In this document: piece by piece, positions 54,346-64,000 of the stretch
Position numbering within the stretch: the first letter of the stretch is position 1
How the letters are laid out: every line of letters begins with the position of its first letter
Assembly: GCF_018977255.1 (NCBI RefSeq)
Contig: NW_024704743.1
Location: 5,954,001-6,018,000, forward strand
DNA: 64,000 bases
DNA from: Callorhinchus milii
Lineage: Eukaryota
Direction of reading: 5' to 3'
Notes under the pieces: model-generated
What the model was told of the DNA's origin: nothing
The model's input: the letters and a program-made list of their open reading frames with translations, nothing else
The model's database searches: none
Translations under genes and position numbers: made by a program

Positions 54346-56414
54346 CCTTCCCCTCCTCTTTTTTAAAAAGTGAAGTGTCGGGACTGTATTTGTAGCCATT
54401 ACTGTAGCCATTTTGAAATAGTTCCTTTCCTAAGTTTGGCAACCATCCCATTAATGTATCTCTAATTCAATCATGGCCTACCCTGAACTGAATTATTTTT
54501 ATAGCAAGTTAAACTTTAAGGAATTGGAAACTTTTACAGTCTAAATTTTCACTAGTAAAGAAGGTACACAATTTTTATTAATAGTACAGTACTTTGTAAC
54601 AGATACAGGCTCAGTTAGCAGGTGGTGTGGCCTCACATATTGCTATCTGCAGGGATATGAATTTCTGAGAACATTTGCCTTATAGGAAGGTCAACTTCAT
54701 TTTGTAAACCCCCACTTATTAATGGCGATCTTGTAAGAGACTTGTCCAGTGTGGTACACCTTTCAAATTTGGTTGTGGGAACTTTGATTAGGACTAGAAT
54801 TCAGTCAAACTGCAGCAAACCAAAAAGGTTCCACAAACTAACCACTTAAAGAAATAATGAGGTTGTAATTTGTTAATGGGTGGTCCAAAATCAATCTGCG
54901 GTCTACAACTTTGTATGCACTAGACTTTCCAGTAAGCAAATTAAATTTGCCTCCTTATCCCCAATGATGGCTCCTCAAACGGGGGTATGGATTCATGGGC
55001 ACTTTCTCCTCCAGAATCAACCTCAAAGTTACAATAAACAAGAACAGAGGAGTCTCAGCAGCTATTTGACAGCTGAAGCAGTTTTGCTGAAATCTAATCC
55101 AGTTTCAAATGGAATCCACACACACACTTACTACATCCCTAGAAGAGTCATGGAAGCCATTTATACCACTCATACCATCATCTCAGGTGAAATAGGATGC
55201 GTCAGCACACACAGGGCATCAGCCCTGGTAAATTTATGCTGATCTGATAAATCTGACAATGGAAAAAAATCAATAGTCCCATATAAGAGTTCTTTGTAAT
55301 GATTTTGTTTTGTGAATAAACAGGCAGTTGTGCTTTTTGACCATTCTCCAGGAATGACTTACTTTGGAGATGTTTCATAAGTGCCAGGTGCCCTACAGCA
55401 ACATCACCTATTCATGTGCAAGAGTTTGTGTTGGGGAGTTATGTGATGGAATGGTACAGGAAAGAGGTTGGAGAAAAGAGGAAGGGGAAATGAATAATCA
55501 GGAACTGAAACTTTGCCTTTTTATAAAAAAACTTAGAAGCCCAAAAGTAGCAACTTTAATATTGTCTAGGCTGAGATTACCTAGCAGCACAATCTAGGAA
55601 TTATACCTGGGACTATTCTGATCTACCGTATATGATTCAACACAACACTGGCAGTGCTTTTCCCAACTATGATAACAAGAAGCCTACAACAATAACTGTA
55701 ATATGAGATCTTCATGAAGTGTATAACTGGAAAAGGAATTTATGAAGACATGATACTTAAATTCAAGACCAAGTCTGATAGATTTCTAAAGGATAGAGGG
55801 ATTAAGGGATACGGGGATAGGGCGGGTAAATGAAATTAGGTTAGAAGATCATATTAAATGGCAGGGCAGGCTCGAGGGGCCGAATGGCCTACTCCTGCGT
55901 CTTATGGTCTTAAATTGACTGGTTATTAATGAGGCATTGGCAGCAATAATACTCACATTTGATATCGTAACTGATCAGCTCATCAAAATGGCTCAAAACT
56001 GTTCACAGGATTTTACTGCCAATAGCATTATTTGCAGCTGAATGTGGCAGCCAATTTGCATACAGAACTTTAGTATTTTTAACTATACAAATAACCCAAA
56101 TGCAAGATCTTAATACTTGTAGCATATGAAAAAGTATTTTTAGATTAGTTTATTTTGTTAAATCTCTTATTGTATCACTGATAATAGCAGGTTATTACGA
56201 TAAGGACATTTGGCCCTGGACACTGGAAGTAATATTTATTCACAATTTAGCTATGTGCCCAGTTTCACAAGATGCTTGGTAATCTCTGAAATGTTTGTAC
56301 TACAATCATAAATCGTGTCCAGGAAACAGATTTACTGTCAAGTCAAAGAAAACAGGTGTTATGATAATTTCACATTCGGTGTTTTTTCATGCAAACATAC
56401 TTATCCTATACCAG

Positions 56415-57740
56415 CAAGTTGCATTTATATAGCGCTCTTCAAGAAGGATAGCATTTGTGCACAGAAAGTGGTAGGATGGATGCTGAGCAAGGGAGGAGGG
56501 GGAGAGAGGGGTAACCATCCATAAGGCATAGAAGAGTCAAGTCTTAAGGTGAGATTTAAACAGGAGGTGAAGCAGAGGAGATGGGCATTTCCAGAGGTTA
56601 GGGGTATAGCGGCTGAAACCATGGCCACCAAAGGTGGCACAGAGAAGTAGGGGGACGCACAGCTAGTGAGCAAAGGGAGACGGGTACAATCAGGTCAGAA
56701 AGGTCGACATGATGGGCCGAATGACTTTCTTCTGTGCTGTAAATTTCTTTAGTTCTAGTTCAATAGGTGCTAGGGTGTGAAGGGATATATATGCATTGGT
56801 GAGGATCTTGACATCGATCCTCTCAGATCCTTCTCTGATCAAGAACCCAATTCTGTTTTGACATAAGATTGTTGCGTCAAATCCAAATCAGCTTAAGTTG
56901 TCATATTGTGCTGCACCAATACTCAATAAAGGACTGTGTCAGTGTAATAGTCTCTGGATGGGATCTAAAGTTCTGTACCACGAGTTTCACAAACCACGTT
57001 ATAGGAACATGGGGCAGATGTTCACGCAAGCTCCTCAAAATTAAGAGAATCACATACGCAGCACTAGCAAGCATGCTCTGAATGTTTGATGTTTGTAGCC
57101 CCTCCAATGAAAAAACTAAACTCCTTTTGCAATTCTTAATCAAGACATACCAAGAGCTGTAAGAAAAGCTTCTCTATAAAGAGCCCCTAAAACCATTAAG
57201 CAGAATTACAGAATTGTGTAGTAAGCCATTAAAAGCATCTGGATTGCACACAAGGTCTAAAATACAAGTTGAAATTGTTCTGAGATTAATGTACTAGTGA
57301 GCGATTTTGGCATTTATATTACATTTCACTGCATTATTTGAATGCTAGATAGAGAAAGGTACAATAAATGAATCATGAATATGAATTTTGACTTTTTAAG
57401 TCAAAACCAAATGATCTTGATTTGCTGTGAACATGCAACAACTTGCATTTTTATAGTGCACTTCACGGAGGATAGCATCTCAGTGCGCCTTACAGTGACA
57501 GAGTTGAACCAAAGCACCAGAGAGAGGGGAAATGACCATAGGCACGGTCAGAAGAAGGTCTTCAGGTTTGATTGGAAGATTAATAAGGCAGAGGGATTGA
57601 GGCAGAGAGTTCCAGAGTCTCGGGGCATAGATGCTAGGCTGAAAGCTCGGTAGAGCAGAGGGATGGATAAGGGATGTGCAGGAGGCTGAAGCCCCCCGAG
57701 GGCAGAGGAGTGGGTGTAAGCAGTCTTAGAGGAGGGAGAC
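56415..57740 (-). mobile_element. Two diverged L2 3' fragments (about 56415-56815 and 57435-57740)
   Basis: ttgcatttatatagcgc tails and ttccagag motifs. Confidence 0.55.
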
Positions 57741-59234
57741 TGTAGGTCTCAATAAAACAATGTCCGAGTAAAATTCTTATCTGAAGTTTCATCACCAGCG
57801 ATGGGTCCATTAAGCTTAGAACAATTTAGATTTGTTTTAAAAGTTTGCATGCATGGCTGTGTCACCCAACCAATACCCAGCACTCATGAATAGAGCCCCA
57901 TATTTTGAGCGTCAGTGCCCAAATGTATGTAGTTTGGCCATTGAAAGCCACCCATTAGTGTAAGAAGATTTCTGCGTGAGAAACATATGTACTGACTACT
58001 TTCCAAGTTTCTCTTTGACAAAGAAATTTTTTTGAGGCAAATTCTCCCTTTTTGAAAAGGGTGAAATTGGACAATGGATCGACATCTGCCGGTAGCCCTC
58101 CTGTACCTCACATAATTATTATTCATGCCAAGACAGACTGTAGGCAAGTTAATTGACCACGGTGGACGTTAGAAGCAAACCTTAAATGTCTTTCCATTAA
58201 GGGTCAATAGATAACAATTCAGAGATCCTATTTTTATCTTCCCTGGCCCAGAAGTATTAACAGGTTACCCCACTGGCAGAGACCATTAATCTACCTGCAA
58301 TCTTCTGGACAGTATGGTTTATACTACTTTCACTTTGAGTTTCACTATAGAGACAAGTCGCTACCAATATAACCCATCCTGAAAAAAGGGGACAAGTTCC
58401 CAATGCTAAAAATCCGTAAACTCTGCTGGGAGTTGGCTTCTCGCTGCTTCAGTCTGCATAGCAAAGGTCAAGGCCAGAGCAAAAGGACACAGTGTCATCA
58501 ACCACACTGCCAAAAATATTAGCAGGTTGTTTTCCCAAGCTGATAAATAGGAGTAGGAAAGCCATGTTAAAGTACTGGGAGAAACTCACCTGATATCTAG
58601 GCCTACAAGAGAGACACTAACAAAGCAAATGGATGTCAGGGTTCAAGAAATATCAAATATAAAAAATTTGTTATGGCTCTACTGAAACTGATGGAACTTG
58701 GAAGAATTACTTTCAGATTGGGGTGCTTCAATCGAGAAAGGATATACTGGCTTTGGACAGTATGAAGGGAAGATTCACAAAGGACAATACCATTGTCTAT
58801 AGTCACTATAATTTACTATACATCCTGTGAAGCTCTTTGAGGCATTCTCCTGACGTGAAAAGGAACTATATCAAATGCAAGGATTATTAAGATAATAAAT
58901 TAAGATAATAATTGGGTAATTGAAATTGGCAAGTCTCTTGGAGATTGTGGATTCAAATTCCAGATGAAGATTTCAGTTTGTATTGTTGGCTGGCATTCCA
59001 GTGTAGTATTGAGGAAGTGTTGTATTGTTGGCAATACTTTCCCTTGGATGCAACATTCCAAGGATCTGCCTGCGTGTCCCAGTGGATCTTTTTAAAACTA
59101 TTTCCAAATGGTATCCTGACCAAATTGCATTCCTCATTTGCTACAATGCTAAAGAATGGTCATTCTAAAGAAACAGAAAATGTTGTGGTCAATTGTATTG
59201 ATTTAGGATTCACTAAAACTTAAAATACTAGTAG

Positions 59235-59483
59235 GAAGTAGGAACCGGTTGTGACTCGATTGGCAGATCACTTTTCTAGGGGTAATAATTCCTTCAAAAA
59301 ACAATAATAATAAATTGGTCACTCAATCCACGACTGTTTATGGGACACTGCTGTGTGCAATTAGCTACTGCATCTCACCGACAAAATATACAGTCAATTC
59401 GCTTCACTGTATATTCTGTGAAGCGCCTTGAGACGTCTCAAAGACATGATAAGGCATTATGCCAAATGCAAGGATTATTATTA
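59235..59483 (+). mobile_element. 5'-truncated SINE family 1
   Basis: aagtaggaaccggttgtg ... atgcaaggattattatta. Confidence 0.88.
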
Positions 59484-61421
59484 ATCATTCACTTCCATTA
59501 TCTGTCAACTACATTATGCGTTCCCCAATTAAAACAAATCCAGATTTTTTACATTTTATTTTAAGCACTCTCCACAATCAGTTTTAACTCCATTTCTGCA
59601 AATATTTCTAGTCAGTGATAGACTGGACAGACTACATAGAGTAAATGACTTCAATAGATCTAAATCTGACAGAGTTGGACAAGAATGCATTCCAAAGCTT
59701 AACTTAAAACTATAAAAAGGTTAAGAGAAAAAGAATTATTGGAAATTAAAGGATGCAGTTATTGATAATTAGATGGGTCAAATGAATGAGAGGTTGGATG
59801 GAAAACTTACTGCTACCAAACTGTACATTTCTAACAAACTCAAAATTATTGTATCCCACTCACTAAATAGACACTAAAATCCAAATAGACCAGCAAAATT
59901 CCTAGGTTCAAATCCTAACGCCAATGTGGATTACTTGATCAAAATCAGGTGTTTTTCCAAATGATTTCAGTATCCCTGGACCAGGGAGTGAATAAATGAT
60001 AAAATAAATGTTGCCACAGTATTAAATTCCACCAATGTTACGGGTTTAAAAATCAGACTGTGGCTCACTACCCACAAGATGAAGCTTAAAGCTTTCTGGA
60101 GAACACATTTTCAGCTGCAGTTAAAACAAGCTGCCTACATGAATGAGATTCCCCAGGCAACAACTGGGAATCTATTTCCTGTGTGCATGCACAGGGCACA
60201 CAGTAAACTAAGAATCCAAAATATTTCCCTCATCTTTGATGCATTGATAAAAGTATGCAGTACTCTATTCCCAGTAGTAAGACGTTCAGAGCTTTAGTCT
60301 CAGGATATCCTGTGCTGAAGATTAATTTGCTTACTTTATAGAAGCATTCTGTAATACTAATATAAACTTTCTTTTAAAAAAGTGCAACTCCCAATATAAT
60401 GAATTAAATTCCACAGACAATTAACTTGAAATGAAATGTTCTTTAATATCCTATAGCCCAGATTTATGCAGTCAGTACTCCACATTACTTTCCGGCATTG
60501 GACCGGGGGCACATATTGCAACATAAACTCCTGCATGCATTCCAGGAATTGTTGCCTTGAGTTTCTAACATACACATTGTGTACATACACGCACACAAAA
60601 TCTTACTCATGAGAATTTCTTCAATGGAGCTGTTCAGTAAAATTGCCATAAAAAAACAAGACAGTTCGGATTAATCCAACCACATGGATTCAAAGTACAG
60701 TATTAAATACACAAATTATGAAGGGGAAAAAGACATTTATCCCATCAAAACTTACTGCTTCCACAGGCCACATAAAGCTTACTTATCTCTATCCCACCTC
60801 ATATATTCTCCACAAAGATATTTCCATAATGAGAAAGGCAACTAAACAAATAGCCTGAATATGCATTCTATCCATTTCCCAAGATCGGATGAAAAGGGCC
60901 TATCAGCTCATTTGATCTCATCCTTCCGGTGTACCCACCCTACCGTTTCCTATTACAGCATCAAGCTGTTTTTTTTAAAAAAAACAGTCCAGAGACCTGG
61001 CCTTAACCACCCTTCAAGGTAACGTGTACCAATTATTGATTTGCCTCTGCATTGAAAAAACAATTTCCTGGTACCTGTGCTGAAATTGCCTTTCGCAACT
61101 CTACACCTAACTTGTTCTGTCTTGGTGCATCCTAACAATATATTCAAGTACTGTTCTGGGTTTGCTTTTTCAATCCCATTAAAATGTTATACACCTGGAT
61201 AAGGCCCCTCTGACACTTCTCAGACTTAAGAAACCTATCTTGTCGAATTGTTGCTCATGCCCAAGAAAATTGCAAAAATTTGCCAAAAATTGCGAAAAAA
61301 ACAATTTATTAATGTTTTCTTCAAGAAAAAACAGACGTCCCCCTTGGAGGGAAAAATCACCAGCCCAGGTCCAAATGGTCCGTTTCCACCCTGCGCTACA
61401 TTTGAAGGCCCAGAGATCCGA

Positions 61422-61900
61422 CAACAACCTTGCATTCATATAGTGCCCTTCACACGGCGTAGCATCCCGGAGTGCTTGAACACCAGCATTGCTCGCCAGT
61501 GTTCACCGCCTCCTGCCTCTCGGGGCCGGCCACCACACATGCACACAGAGACACAGAGAGACACACGCACTTAGACGGACATACCCACACCCACCATGTA
61601 CACAACAGTGGCACAGTACGACCTGCGGCCAGGAGCAGGCCATCACCGGCTCACTCACCAGCGTGCGAGTTCCATTTCCCGCCAGCCACCCACCAACCCC
61701 CCACCCGGAAGTCTTTAGATGGGACTTGAAGGAGGTAAGAGAGGGGGTAATCCGGAAGGATTGTGGAATAGAGTTCCAGAGTATGGGGGCAGAGAAGCTG
61801 AATGCCCGACCGCCAATAGTGGGGCGGGAAGTGCGGGGGACCTGAAGCAAGCCGGTCGGTGTCCACCAAGCAGAGGGAGTGGACAGGCTAATATGGGGAT
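61422..61900 (-). mobile_element. L2 3' fragment
   Basis: ORF 61503-61850 TIGGRAFSFSAPILWNSIPQSFR..LTSFKSHLKT is the L2 ORF2 C-terminus. Confidence 0.85.
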
Positions 61901-63044
61901 AGGAGGGCGAAAGCCCAGGTATCGATCAAACAGCCGGCATCATCAGTCTGAAGCCCAGGCGCTCTGGCTTTTACAGAATCCACCCAAAAATTGCAGGCCT
62001 GTACAACCCATTTATGTCACGGGAACCAGAAGTGTATGCAGTGCTCTTGTTGCAGCCTATATTGCTTGATAATGCCTGAGGATTTGAACTCAACTGAAAA
62101 GAGTAGTGAGATTGTGGAACTCGCTGCCTGAACGATGGTTGAATCAGATAGTGTAGATGCATTCAAGAGGAACTAGATCTTCACATAAGGGAGAGGGGAA
62201 TACAAGAGTTGGGAAAGAGTAAAGAATAAGTGGAGACACGTGTGGAGTATAAACACCGGCACAGAACTGGTTGGGCCAAGTGGCCTGTTTCCGTGCCGTA
62301 CATTCTTTGTAGCGGCAGGGCAGGACTGAGGTCTCAGGGATCATGACCAACAGGTAGCAGTAGGTAGGACTGAGGTCTCGGTGATCAAGTGGTAACCTTT
62401 ACTGGGTTCAGGCAGAGTCACCATTTCACAATCTCCCACCTAAACCAACAGTCGAAACTCCCCAGTGTGACGTCACATCCACCCACCAGGTTTGAATGCC
62501 TGGAACCAGACGTAGTATAGTCTAATGCTATCTACTTCCCCTCCTCTGGCTTTTCCCTGCAGGCTGCTTGGTGCATCCTAACAATATATTCAAGTACTGT
62601 TCTGGGTTTGTGTGCCCTGCCCCCTCTCTACCTCTGCACAGTCTCTAGCCCCTGCAGCCTCCATGCCTGTGGGTTGACCGTGCCCAACTAACCGCCTGCC
62701 TCAAGTCTCGGTGTGTACATCTATTGCTGTCTCCCCTGACCCGCTTTTCCCAAAATAAATAATAATATGGTAATGTCAATCATTTTCTGCAGTTACGCTT
62801 AAAGTCAAAATGACCAATTCATTAGGTAGCACCCTAAATTACAGCATTGGAATGTTTCCTCCAGCAAGGAATAAACACCACGCCTGGTAAACTGAATGAA
62901 TGGCCAACAAGAATGGCCTAGCATGCAAGAAAAACATTTTTGCCAGCGTTAAATTACAAAAGTTTTCAAAGCCCCTTCAGAAACTTAGAAGGTATCAAAT
63001 CTAAAAACGAAAGTAGAACAAGTCTTTAAACCAGGTTATTCTAT

Positions 63045-64000
63045 CAACAACAGATTTCATTTTTTAGCACCTTTCACATTGGGAGGATGTCCCAAAGTGT
63101 TGGACAGTCAAGGGTTTGCACCCAAGCTGGAGTTGTAATCAAGAGGGGTGGAAGGCATAGGGGTAGGGGGATGACCGAAGGCACAGTCAGAGAGATTTCA
63201 AAAACATTTTCATGCACAAGTTTGTTCTGGAAGTACTGCAGCTCTTTCTTTGCAAAGAAGTTACTGCTACTGCAATGTAAATGCATCCAGAATCTGGTGA
63301 CAATCTCAAATCGCAATTCAATCTCCATTGGCGGTTCAGAATATTTGTAAGCTAGGATTTCCCACTAAGGCTTGGGCTCAGGGCACATCTAGACATTCAA
63401 ATCCAATGTTTTGAATTGCTGCAGCCATCCCTTGGCAGTCCACCTCAGTCAGAAACAGTAAAGCATGGTACACAGTTGATCTCAGCATCGCCACTGCTTG
63501 GTGTGTCCTGGGAAGAACACATCAGTGAAAACAGTGAAGCTATTTGCAAAGGTCCCAGAGTGAAATAGCCTAACACTCCATCCATGCAGTCTCGCAAGCA
63601 AAACTGCCATGGAGGTCTGCCAACAATCATGCAACTGAATCTCTTTATGAGTCAGTTAAGAGAAGAAAATTGGAGATCCAATTGTGCAGCCTCAAAATAC
63701 ATCAACAAGTCAGGACCTCTTAATACCACACACAAGACCAAGCATGATTTTAAAAACCATTTGTACATCTATTAACCCAATAGAAATTTACATTTATATG
63801 GCGCCTTTCATGTTGGGACGACAGTGCAGGGTTTGCACCCGAGCTGGGGTGGGGACTGGGTGAGAAGGATGGCTGAAAATGTGGTTAAAGAGGAATACCT
63901 TGAAGGAGGCATGGGAAAGGACAAGCCAGAATGGACTTCCAGAGAGGAGCAGATACACAGAAAGCCCAACTGCCAATGGTGAGGCAGGTGGAGCAGGGTA
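63045..64000 (-). mobile_element. Two L2 tail fragments (about 63045-63200 and 63785-64000)
   Basis: cctttcacattgggaggatgtcccaaag and gcgcctttcatgttgggac tails, gtttgcacccgagctgg motif shared with 34140. Confidence 0.65.

Overview
Eukaryotic (vertebrate) genomic DNA, most likely from a cartilaginous fish (inferred from the repeat types; species not determinable here). It holds the last coding exon of PDSS1 (+ strand, 504-644) facing tail-to-tail the ABI1 (Abl interactor 1) gene on the - strand. ABI1 exon 2 through the terminal SH3 exon (48113 down to 2629) can be reconstructed with canonical GT-AG sites and compatible phases; exon 1 lies beyond the right edge. The introns are filled with a tRNA-derived SINE family, Deu-type SINEs, L2 and CR1 LINE fragments and palindromic MITE-like elements. 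No prokaryotic-type system or CRISPR array is present. The most notable observations concern ABI1 splicing: (i) an extra, frame-preserving 102-nt proline-rich exon candidate that looks like a tandem duplicate of its 75-nt neighbour, (ii) a perfect 29-bp tandem duplication copying the exon 5 splice acceptor, (iii) the 15-nt WLKAK microexon, and (iv) six UGCAUG elements after cassette exon 10. Also seen: probable PDSS1/ABI1 3' overlap, several long fold-backs, exact locally templated copies, and a decayed hammerhead-like motif. Exon numbering follows my recollection of human ABI1; repeat boundaries are approximate.
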